Of a DNA stretch of 64,000 nt, positions 43,163 through 51,454 are shown piece by piece. The notes beneath the pieces were generated by a model. The model did no database searches. It was given only the letters and a program-made list of their open reading frames with translations, and was not told the origin of the DNA. Position 1 is the first letter of the stretch; each line of letters begins with the position of its first letter. Position numbers and translations under genes: made by a program. Origin of the DNA: a virus (taxonomy: Duplodnaviria; Caudoviricetes); the IMG/VR virus record IMGVR_UViG_3300028888_000054; one strand, 5' to 3'.

Positions 43163-44410
43163 TTATCTCTCGTTAAAATAATCATATTTTACACTCACTA
43201 ATCTTTCAGAAGATACAAACCTTTCAAACAATAATCCAAGTTTAATTGGATCAATTACCCAAGAAGTAATTCCAAGACAAGCACAAGTCAAACTTCCACC
43301 TGCAGAACCGCGCCCACTTCCAAGCATATACTCCTGCTGTTTTGCCCAATTAATTACAGAAGACAAATTCAACAAATAACGATAAGCACCCTTCTTTAAA
43401 AGAGTCTCAAGTTCTAGTTCAAGTCTGTCCTTATATTCTTGTGGACAATCATCATAATCACAACCAAAATGCTTTGCCAGTCCTTCTTTTGCAAGTTTTA
43501 CAAAATCTTCTTCCTCATCAAAAGAGAATCTTGGCAACTTCATACCTGTCCCCAAAGGAATAACAAAATTGCACTTTTCTGCAATCTTATCTGAATTTGC
43601 ACACCATTCTTCTATTTGTTCATCTGTGTATCCATAATTCCAACCCTTGTTAAACTGCTTGAAATCATCTACGCTCTGATAGAACAATGATTTACACTTG
43701 TATGTATCATCTCCTTCTGAATCTTCATCTTTTCTAAGATTGAAAATAAATCTCTGAGTTTGCGCACCTTCTCTTGTTGCATAATGCACGTCGCCCGTAA
43801 TTACAACGGGAACGTTATATTTTTCTGCAATTTTTATAATCCAATCATTATATTTCTTTTGGTCTTCTACAAGTTCGTTTAACTGAATTTCGGCATAAAA
43901 GTTTTCGCCAAACTCATCAACAAATCTTTTAAAATAAGCTTCTGCTTTTTCTTCATTGCCTGCAAGAACGCATTGAGAGAATATAGATGCCAAACAAGCC
44001 GAGCCTACAATTATCCCTTCTTTGTATTGAAACAATTCTTCAAATGTATTTCTTGGTTTATAATAAAAGTGATCTTCATCAATGTTTGAGATATAATTCA
44101 AATGACAAAGATTTTTCCAACCAGTTTCATTAGAAGCCAAAAGAATAATATGATTATAATGAGTTCTCTTTCTTTTCTTACCTTCCATTGTTACCAATTC
44201 TTCTACAAGATATCCTTCCATTCCGAGAATTGGTTTTACACCTTTTGAAATTGCATACTGTTGAAATTTAAAAAGTCCAGACATCATTCCGTGGTCTGTT
44301 AAGGCAAGCGCTTTATGCCCATTATTTACTGCCTGATCTACTAATTCTGTTACTGAAGATACAGCGTCATAAAATGACCCCTCTTTACTATGAACATGTA
44401 AATGAACCAT
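43163..44410 (-). CDS. dnaE: DNA polymerase III alpha, part 1: PHP domain to GS motif
   Basis: HLHVHS, TDHG, G.E, H, SACL, GDVHY, GSGRGSAGGSL, LLFERF; start MVHLH at 44410 after GAGGTG. Confidence 0.92.
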   Translation of the reverse strand: MVHLHVHSKEGSFYDAVSSVTELVDQAVNNGHKALALTDHGMMSGLFKFQQYAISKGVKPILGMEGYLVEELVTMEGKKRKRTHYNHIILLASNETGWKNLCHLNYISNIDEDHFYYKPRNTFEELFQYKEGIIVGSACLASIFSQCVLAGNEEKAEAYFKRFVDEFGENFYAEIQLNELVEDQKKYNDWIIKIAEKYNVPVVITGDVHYATREGAQTQRFIFNLRKDEDSEGDDTYKCKSLFYQSVDDFKQFNKGWNYGYTDEQIEEWCANSDKIAEKCNFVIPLGTGMKLPRFSFDEEEDFVKLAKEGLAKHFGCDYDDCPQEYKDRLELELETLLKKGAYRYLLNLSSVINWAKQQEYMLGSGRGSAGGSLTCACLGITSWVIDPIKLGLLFERFVSSERLVSVKYDYFNER

Positions 44411-44432
44411 CTTTTCACCTCTTTTTCTTTTA

Positions 44433-44476
44433 ATTATACCACAAATAAAAAAAGCAGTCAAGACTGACTGCTTTTT
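44433..44476 (-). promoter_or_regulatory. terminator hairpin whose 3' arm is the -35 box of the dnaE promoter
   Basis: AAAAAGCAGTCAG-TC-TTGACTGCTTTTTTT; TTGACT-N17-TATAAT. Confidence 0.78.
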
Positions 44477-44495
44477 GAGTTCTTATGTTACGGCG

Positions 44496-44906
44496 TTATT
44501 CGTCAAGGAACGGTTTTCGCCATTTTGCTGCTGGTTTTACAGTAAACCAAGTTGGCTTTACAATTTCTATTGTTGCCTCATTAGTGCTACCAAGATTTCC
44601 TGCTATAGCAGGACATAAATAAAGATCTATTCCATTACTCTTAAACTTTTTTAAAGTTTCCACAAACTCATCAAGAACAGTAACATCCGCATAAAGCGAA
44701 TCGCCTTCAACATGGAAATTTGTAATTGTGCCAACCAAATGTTCAATATCGGCATCATCTTTAAAACCATCATCTGGCACATTATCAACTAATGGAACAA
44801 TATAATCTCTATTTTCTTTTTCAAACTCTTTTAAAGTTTTTAAAGAATAATAATATCCATTTGCATTTACAATATCAGCTCTTAAAAATTCAACTGTCTT
44901 TTTCAT
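44496..44906 (-). CDS. second gp21-like prohead protease paralog, degenerate
   Basis: FLRADIVNANGYYYS, VGTITNFHVEGDSLYADVTVLD; no HP or SSRG. Confidence 0.55.
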   Translation of the reverse strand: MKKTVEFLRADIVNANGYYYSLKTLKEFEKENRDYIVPLVDNVPDDGFKDDADIEHLVGTITNFHVEGDSLYADVTVLDEFVETLKKFKSNGIDLYLCPAIAGNLGSTNEATIEIVKPTWFTVKPAAKWRKPFLDE

Positions 44907-45401
44907 TCTATTTCTCCTTTTTCTTTAAGTCTATCTATTTCTTTTTTAAAAGAAGGTGAGTTGTTATAGAAGTAATCAAACACCTCATCTTCTGGTATAG
45001 CCTCTAATTGTTTTAAACAATTATCAAGAATTTGTAAACTTTCTTCTTTTGTCATTTTTCAACCTCGTCAAACGATTCTACATATTTAAACATTTTCTTT
45101 GGTATAAGTTTTTCAAGTGAAAAAAATGTCCAAGCTTCGGGTTCACTACATTCAGTTCCTGAAACTTGCTTCCAACCTGATAAATCTGGCTCTTTTTCCA
45201 TAATAAAATCATTTTCATTTTCCCAAGCGTCAGTTTCTCGGTAAAATACCTCTGTATGCCCAATATAAGTAAAACCAATCTCGCCTCTGTCATTTCTTAC
45301 AGTAAGCTCTATAATATATTGCCTATAAACACCTTTATTTTCGTTTCCTATGCTGTCATAAGGAACTTCGTGCTTTGGAACAAAGTATTTTGCTTCCATT
45401 T

Positions 45402-45713
45402 TTAATCCTTAAATTTTGCAATGTCTTCTTTTGTTACTCCAAGATTTACAAGCAACAAATTAAGATATCCCATAGCATCAACTATATCATTAACGCGCGG
45501 TTGCTTATCAGGACAATTCTTAATTCTTGAAAGTTTATCATCAAGTCTTTGATAAATTCCATTAAGAGCTGGTGTATCTGGCCCCATAAATCTTGCAAAT
45601 AAACCAAGTGGCTGAGAACCAATATTACCATACTGAGCGTTTTTATATAACAAAAGATCTTGAACTCCCTCTGTTATTTCTACTATTTTATCCTGCACTT
45701 TTTCAAACTCCAT
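45402..45713 (-). CDS. DUF1599-like / nucleotide-modification-associated all-alpha protein
   Basis: KNAQYGN...RLDDKLSRIKN...DAMGY. Confidence 0.6.
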   Translation of the reverse strand: MEFEKVQDKIVEITEGVQDLLLYKNAQYGNIGSQPLGLFARFMGPDTPALNGIYQRLDDKLSRIKNCPDKQPRVNDIVDAMGYLNLLLVNLGVTKEDIAKFKD

Positions 45714-45740
45714 TTAATTCCTCCATTAACTGTTTCTAAG

Positions 45741-46112
45741 TTATTTTCGCTCATTCACAACTCCTATCAATGGGTATGAAACATCGTCTGAGCAGTCGCA
45801 TTCCCAGTCTATTAAATAAACTCTTTCAAATTTTTCATTAAGTTTTTCAAAGACTGTCTGAATGTCTTTAAAATAATTAAGCCATTCTCCGCTACCATTT
45901 CTTCCCATATGACACTCAATAACCCAATACTTATTCTGATACTCATTTGGTATTTCTTCACCAAACCCGTTTGCTACTACTTCGGCAATTGTGTCAACCC
46001 AAAATCTGTCTTCTTTATCTATTTCATTAAAGCAATCTTTAATCTTTTTGATAAAATCCTCATCTTCAACTTTTAACCAAGTTTCATTATATTTGTTTTC
46101 TATCTTTTCCAT
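45741..46112 (-). CDS. hypothetical protein, leaderless
   Basis: TTGACA-N17-TATAAT-N6-ATG. Confidence 0.55.
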   Translation of the reverse strand: MEKIENKYNETWLKVEDEDFIKKIKDCFNEIDKEDRFWVDTIAEVVANGFGEEIPNEYQNKYWVIECHMGRNGSGEWLNYFKDIQTVFEKLNEKFERVYLIDWECDCSDDVSYPLIGVVNERK

Positions 46113-46217
46113 AAGCAAATTATATATAAATATATAAAATTTGTCAAGAACAAATTTTGCTTAAATCTATTTTTTTCGCATGTATTCAAGATAAAATTAA
46201 ACGGAGGTTTTAGTTTA

Positions 46218-47042
46218 ATGGCAGCAGATAAAAGCAAAAAACTTTCGCTTCTTAATGAAGAACTTGACGAAGAATCAGCAACATACATTCAAGAGTCAAT
46301 TGAAAACTGGAAAGAGGGTGTTATGGCCCAGCTTCAAGAAGAAGTAGAAAGAGCAAAAGCAGACAAACTAGAAGAACTGGAAGAGCTTAATCTTAGATAC
46401 CGTGAGCAGTTGGCAGAAGAATATTCTGACAAACTTACAACAGCTCTTGCAGAACTTAAAGAAAGTGTTAAAGCTGATGCTACCGCTAGCGTATTGAAAA
46501 ACAACCCAGAATTAAAAATTCTTGAACAAATTAAAGATTTGGTAGCCCCACTTCTTGATGAAAACTTCAGAGAAAATTCTTATTCTGATACAATCGCTCA
46601 ATTAGCGGAAGAAAACGCAGCTTTAAGAAGAGAACAGGAAATTACAGAGGGCGCACAAGTACTTGCTGAACTTCTTGCACCATATGCAGACACAACTCAA
46701 AAGTTGGTTCTCTCTATGATTAAAGAAGGTAGCCCAGAAGAGGTAACTGAACAATTCTATAGTATTATGGAATCGCTACAAGACGTTTTTGGTGAAGCTG
46801 AAGACGGCGACGATAACGGAGATGACGGCGACGACGATGACGACGCTAAGAAATCAAAGAAAAACGGCGACGACGATGACGATGACGAAAACGGTGACGA
46901 TGATGACGACGAAGACGGAGAAGATGATGACCTTGGTGAGTCTTTCTTAGACGAAGGATTCTATGGTGATGACGATGACGATGTAGAGAATGACAAAGAT
47001 TTCTCTAAAATCAAAAACATTATGAAGTCTTATATAAAATAA
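46218..47042 (+). CDS. prohead core/scaffold protein (gp22-like) with Asp-rich tail
   Basis: Acidic coiled coil directly upstream of the capsid gene, many L/I-x-E sites, C-terminal MKSYIK, GGAGG SD. Confidence 0.75.
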   Translation: MAADKSKKLSLLNEELDEESATYIQESIENWKEGVMAQLQEEVERAKADKLEELEELNLRYREQLAEEYSDKLTTALAELKESVKADATASVLKNNPELKILEQIKDLVAPLLDENFRENSYSDTIAQLAEENAALRREQEITEGAQVLAELLAPYADTTQKLVLSMIKEGSPEEVTEQFYSIMESLQDVFGEAEDGDDNGDDGDDDDDAKKSKKNGDDDDDDENGDDDDDEDGEDDDLGESFLDEGFYGDDDDDVENDKDFSKIKNIMKSYIK

Positions 47043-47061
47043 TTAGGAGGAAGATATATAA

Positions 47062-48555
47062 ATGCTTACAAATAATTTAGTTGATAAAGCGCGTTTTGAA
47101 GAGCAGCTTAACGACCGTTGGTCTTGGATCACAGAAGACATCGAAGATGCCGAAACAAGACTTAATACTCAATTGGTTCTTGAAAACTCATATAGATATA
47201 TGATTCAAGAAGGTTCTATTGCACGCAACTGGCTTGAAAATAACATTCTTTCAGAAGAAGTTATCGAAGAAGCGCCACAGATGAGAGGAGCAGTTGGTGA
47301 TTATGTAATCCCTAAAGTAATGTTCCCAATCATCAGACGTGTTATGCCAGAACTTATTGCTAACAAATTGGTTTCAGTTCAGCCAATTCAGCAGCCAACT
47401 GGTGTAATTTACTACATCAATTACGACTACTCAAATGACAAGGGAACTATCAAAGCAGGCAACGAATTCTCTGGTGCACCACAGCAGACAACTCCAGCTT
47501 TCGCTACATGGTACTCTTCAGAAAAAATTGGACCTTTTGTTGCAAAAACAGATAAATCTACTGGTGTAGTTGACTTCGGTGCACAAACTGGTATCACAAA
47601 CTTCTTGGGAACAAACCCAGCTGAATATAAAATTAAACGTTTCGAAGTTTACAACAGAACAACAGGTAAAGCAATCGCTACTGTTTATGGTGGAAGCAAA
47701 GATAACGTAACATTTGACCCTGCAACTGGTGCTATTACAGTAACAGTTCCAGCATCAGCATTCTTCGGCGACGAAGATAATGAATTTGAAGCATTCTTGG
47801 TATACGATCAGGAAGGAACTTCAAAGATTCCAGAGATGGAATTCCACATCGACCACATGAACGTTGAGACAACTGAACGTAAATTGAAGGTTAGATGGAC
47901 TAAAGAAGCTGAACAGGATATGATGGCTTATCACAAGATCGACGTAGAACAGGAGCTTGTAAAAGTTGCTTCTATTCAGACAAACTACGAAGTAGACCGT
48001 GAAGTTATCAGATTCATTGATGATCATATCATCTCTGACCTTTCTCAGATTCACAACTGGACAGACGACGCAGCAACTACAGGTAATAATACACAGGGTA
48101 ACTACCTTGATAGACACCGCTGCTTGGCACAGAAACTTTATGCTGCTTGTACAAAAGTAGCTACATTCAACCACCTTGGACCATGTGATTGGGCAGTTGT
48201 ATCTCCAAAGATTGCAGCAGTTCTTCAGATGCTCCCAGACTGGAAAGCAGGTGAAATCGCTAGTGGTAAATCAACTTACTACAATGCTGGTACACTCGGA
48301 AACGGTTCTTTGGCAATCTACGTTGATCCAAACAGATGCGGTGCTCAAGAAGACGAAATCACTCTTGGATACAAATCTAAGGATTCAACATACGGTGCTG
48401 GTGTAGTTTACTCACCATACGCTAACTGGATGTCAGGAACAGTTGTTAACCCAGACAACTTCAACAACGTAAGAGGATTCTTCAACAGATATGCTATTTC
48501 TATGGCACCTCGTGGAGAATACAACTACGCAAGAGTTAGAATTAACAACTTGTAA
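47062..48555 (+). CDS. major capsid protein (T4 gp23-like)
   Basis: PIIRRVMPELIA..LVSVQP..QPTG, IPEM.F, RKLK..WT.EAEQD..A.H.ID.EQEL, E.DRE, GYK, YSPY, F..RY; strongly biased codons. Confidence 0.95.
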   Translation: MLTNNLVDKARFEEQLNDRWSWITEDIEDAETRLNTQLVLENSYRYMIQEGSIARNWLENNILSEEVIEEAPQMRGAVGDYVIPKVMFPIIRRVMPELIANKLVSVQPIQQPTGVIYYINYDYSNDKGTIKAGNEFSGAPQQTTPAFATWYSSEKIGPFVAKTDKSTGVVDFGAQTGITNFLGTNPAEYKIKRFEVYNRTTGKAIATVYGGSKDNVTFDPATGAITVTVPASAFFGDEDNEFEAFLVYDQEGTSKIPEMEFHIDHMNVETTERKLKVRWTKEAEQDMMAYHKIDVEQELVKVASIQTNYEVDREVIRFIDDHIISDLSQIHNWTDDAATTGNNTQGNYLDRHRCLAQKLYAACTKVATFNHLGPCDWAVVSPKIAAVLQMLPDWKAGEIASGKSTYYNAGTLGNGSLAIYVDPNRCGAQEDEITLGYKSKDSTYGAGVVYSPYANWMSGTVVNPDNFNNVRGFFNRYAISMAPRGEYNYARVRINNL

Positions 48556-48581
48556 TAGATTAGCCGTCTAAGCGGCTTCAA

Positions 48582-48612
48582 ACCCCGTTCTTTTTGAACG
48601 GGGTATTTTTTT
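48582..48612 (+). terminator. capsid gene terminator
   Basis: ACCCCGTTC-TTTTT-GAACGGGGT-ATTTTTTT. Confidence 0.8.
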
Positions 48613-48619
48613 GTCAAAT

Positions 48620-48649
48620 AAAAAAGGCTACCAATTTGGTAGCCTTTTT
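48620..48649 (-). terminator. flagellin gene terminator
   Basis: AAAAAAGGCTACCAA-T-TTGGTAGCCTTTTT, bidirectional appearance. Confidence 0.8.
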
Positions 48650-48694
48650 GCTTTTCTCCTTTCTATGGCGAGAACCCCTCCGAAGTCGCCGTTT

Positions 48695-49543
48695 CTATTT
48701 TAACAACGCTAATACATTTTGTGATTGAGAATTTGCTTGTGACAACATAGCCACAGATGACTGTGAAAGAATCTGCTGCTTTGTATACTCTACCATTTCA
48801 GTAGCCATATCTGCATCTCTCACTCTTGATTCTGCAGCTTGTGTGTTTTCTGCTGCTATGTTAATACCTTTCTGAGCCATCTCCATTCTGTTCTGATAAG
48901 CGCCAAGATCTGCTCTCTGCTTATTTACATTCTTTAAAGCTTCGTCAAGAGTTGTAATTGTTACATTTGCCTCGTCAGGTGATGAAATAGAAATCTGATT
49001 ATCTTCACCCTGGACACCTTTCAACCCAAGAGCTGAAGCTGTCATTGTTCCAATATAAGCACGAATGTTTTGGTCAACATTTGCACCAACCTGGAATTGC
49101 ATTATACCATCAGACTCTCTTGAAAATCTACCAGTCAAAAGGTTCATTCCGTTAAACTGAGCAGAAGAAGCAATTCTATCTACTTCAGCAACAAGCTGAG
49201 AAACTTCTACCTGAATCTGCATTCTGTCTTCATCTGAGTATACACCATTTGAAGCCTGAACTGCAAGTTCGCGAATTCTCTGAAGAACATCAGTTGTTTC
49301 TGCAAGATAACCTTCTGCTACCTGAACAAAAGAAACTGCATCGCCAATGTTTCTTGAAGCTTGACTAAGACCTCTAATTTGAGATCTCATTTTTTCAGAT
49401 ACAGCTAAGCCAGAAGCATCATCTCCTGCTTTGTTAATTCTTTCACCGCTTGAAAGTTTTGCCATTGAGTTCTGTAAGTTTGCTGCATTAATTCCTTCTT
49501 GGCGACTAGCAAACAAACTTGCCATATTGTTATTTATTACCAT
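48695..49543 (-). CDS. flaB: flagellin, spirochete FlaB-type (282 aa, no D2/D3)
   Basis: [83 protein letters not shown]. Confidence 0.97.
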   Translation of the reverse strand: MVINNNMASLFASRQEGINAANLQNSMAKLSSGERINKAGDDASGLAVSEKMRSQIRGLSQASRNIGDAVSFVQVAEGYLAETTDVLQRIRELAVQASNGVYSDEDRMQIQVEVSQLVAEVDRIASSAQFNGMNLLTGRFSRESDGIMQFQVGANVDQNIRAYIGTMTASALGLKGVQGEDNQISISSPDEANVTITTLDEALKNVNKQRADLGAYQNRMEMAQKGINIAAENTQAAESRVRDADMATEMVEYTKQQILSQSSVAMLSQANSQSQNVLALLK

Positions 49544-49547
49544 AGAC

Positions 49548-49563
49548 TACCCCTCCTTGGGTA
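49548..49563 (-). promoter_or_regulatory. CsrA-type hairpin with the SD in an AAGGAG hexaloop
   Basis: Minus strand TACCC-AAGGAG-GGGTA-GTCT-ATG. Confidence 0.6.
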
Positions 49564-49569
49564 TAAAAA

Positions 49570-49597
49570 ATATCGACAGATTTCTCTGCCGACTTTA
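49570..49597 (-). promoter_or_regulatory. sigma28 (FliA/SigD)-like promoter overlapping a GAAA-loop hairpin
   Basis: TAAA-N16-GTCGATAT vs consensus TAAA-N15/16-GCCGATA(A/T). Confidence 0.6.
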
Positions 49598-49604
49598 ATT
49601 TAAC

Positions 49605-50141
49605 TTAGATTAAATCTTCTCTTCCAATGAACGTCAAAGCCTTTGCACGGTTCTTGTGAATCTTATCATAATTAGGATATGACAATTTGCTTGTTCCACG
49701 AGTGTGAGAATAAATCTCTGGGAAGAAATAGCATCTTGATCTGATGTAGAAGAAGTTCCACAAATCCAAATCTTTATTTTTTATGGCTCTTCCGTCCTTT
49801 CCTTCCTTGCGGGCGATAGCATCTTTCAATGCCTCTGCAACACCAACGATTGGCACATCGTCATCTTTGTTTGACTTGTAAACAGAGCCGATAAACACTT
49901 CTCCGTCTTCGCCCTTAATCGCTACCAATGTTCCGCGTGGCTTTGTTCTTTCAAGCTGGAGTCTTCCGTTTCCAACTTCCTTTCCAATGAACCCGTCACG
50001 AATTCTCAAAGAAATGAAACCGTTGTTTCCATGCTCCTTTCTAAATTCATCAACGAACTTCTGTGCTTCATCTCGTGCCTTATTACGAGCTTCTCTTTTC
50101 TCTGCTGCTCTCTTCTTAGCAGCTTCTTCAAATTTATTCAT
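49605..50141 (-). CDS. hypothetical basic protein
   Basis: 178-aa ORF with strong SD (AAGGAG) and capsid-like codon bias. Confidence 0.65.
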   Translation of the reverse strand: MNKFEEAAKKRAAEKREARNKARDEAQKFVDEFRKEHGNNGFISLRIRDGFIGKEVGNGRLQLERTKPRGTLVAIKGEDGEVFIGSVYKSNKDDDVPIVGVAEALKDAIARKEGKDGRAIKNKDLDLWNFFYIRSRCYFFPEIYSHTRGTSKLSYPNYDKIHKNRAKALTFIGREDLI

Positions 50142-50155
50142 CTTTTTCTCCTTTC

Positions 50156-51454
50156 TTAAAAATTATAAGACATTATCGCGTTTTTGTCAATCTTACTAAC
50201 AACTTCTAAAAAATCTTCTTCTCGCTTTCGCTCCTCTGCAGACTTTCCAGAATATACTACCCTTGGACACCATTTATACTCACATTTATCAGCTTGCTTA
50301 AAATGGTCAAACTGTTCAATACCATAATTTGCCGCCTTACATAAGTTTTGTAAAGTTAACATAGCTCCAACTGGCGGATTTTTACCATTAAATAAATCCT
50401 CGTAAAACTTTATAACATTTCTTGCACTTTCCCAAAAGTTCCAATCCTTGTGTTTGTGAATAGTTGGTGGCGCATCAAAACCTACAAACTCTTCATAAAA
50501 TAATAAATCAGGGCCTATTATAGAATAGGCTGCTTTATCACCATTTTTATATGTTCCCATACCAAATGTAGAATATCCCTGCTCATGCTCCCAAGGCATA
50601 TCACTCAAAGAATTTATATAAACTTCAAAATCTTCTCTGATTGAAGATCCAGGTTTATAAATTCTTGTTGCAGCAACATTAAAATGATCCTCTAATGTGT
50701 GCTCTGGATTCTCCCAAAGTGTATAAAAATCATTTACAGCTTTATAAATTTTTCTATAAACGGGATAGCCGTTAAAATCATCTCTATTGTATTTATTTTG
50801 ATACAATACAGAAATTGTAATTTCGTCGGGGTCTTCCCCTAAAATCTCAAAATCTTTCCTTAAAACATTTTCCCAGCCATCTTCTGTTGACCAGTATGTT
50901 ATTAGATCTGCAGCAACATTTATTCCTAATGTTTTTGCTAAACTCATACATTTGAAAGCGTTTTCATAATCTGGAATCAGTCTTCCATTTGCTTTTAAAA
51001 TACTTTCATCAAATGTTTGAAAACAAAATATAGCAGTTGTAAAATTATATTTTGCTAAAACTCTAATAAAATCTTCTGTTATTAAAGCTGGGTGAAGTTC
51101 TATAAGCTTTCTTGCTTTAAGAATATAATCAGGCATACTTTTCAAGTATTTTTCAAATTTTTCTGCAGAAAGATAGTTTGGCGTTCCACCACCAAAAGAA
51201 ACGAGTTTTATGTCTTGTTTACTTAAAATACTATCATACCGTTTAAAAAGTTTTGGCATATATTTAAAATAAAAATCTTCAACTTCTTCTTCTGTATGGT
51301 TTTTCTTTGGGCAACCCTTATGACAGCAAAAAAGGCAATTATCATAAGTTTTGCAAAACGGATTATGTAAATAAACAACAACTGGTCTATCATTCTTTTC
51401 CCATAATTGTTTATAACTAAACAAATCTACTATATTATCACTAAACTCTAACAT
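50156..51454 (-). CDS. HemN/HemW-like radical SAM enzyme
   Basis: VYLHNPFCKTYDNCLFC (Cx5Cx2C), SFGGGTP, IELHP, QTFD. Confidence 0.8.
   Translation of the reverse strand: MLEFSDNIVDLFSYKQLWEKNDRPVVVYLHNPFCKTYDNCLFCCHKGCPKKNHTEEEVEDFYFKYMPKLFKRYDSILSKQDIKLVSFGGGTPNYLSAEKFEKYLKSMPDYILKARKLIELHPALITEDFIRVLAKYNFTTAIFCFQTFDESILKANGRLIPDYENAFKCMSLAKTLGINVAADLITYWSTEDGWENVLRKDFEILGEDPDEITISVLYQNKYNRDDFNGYPVYRKIYKAVNDFYTLWENPEHTLEDHFNVAATRIYKPGSSIREDFEVYINSLSDMPWEHEQGYSTFGMGTYKNGDKAAYSIIGPDLLFYEEFVGFDAPPTIHKHKDWNFWESARNVIKFYEDLFNGKNPPVGAMLTLQNLCKAANYGIEQFDHFKQADKCEYKWCPRVVYSGKSAEERKREEDFLEVVSKIDKNAIMSYNF

Noticed and set aside
42177-43163. Group I intron or intein joining the dnaE parts
   Set aside because: No non-coding room for a ribozyme core and no intein block A/B/F/G motifs at the ORF ends
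46800-46985. GAC/GAT trinucleotide-like repeat
   Set aside because: It simply encodes the acidic tail of the scaffold protein
7459-49543. Bacterial chromosome interpretation (groEL, ligA, dnaE, flagellin)
   Set aside because: These genes are embedded among T4-like capsid, scaffold, gp32, UvsX and gp46/47 genes and many tiny ORFans, with no bacterial operon context
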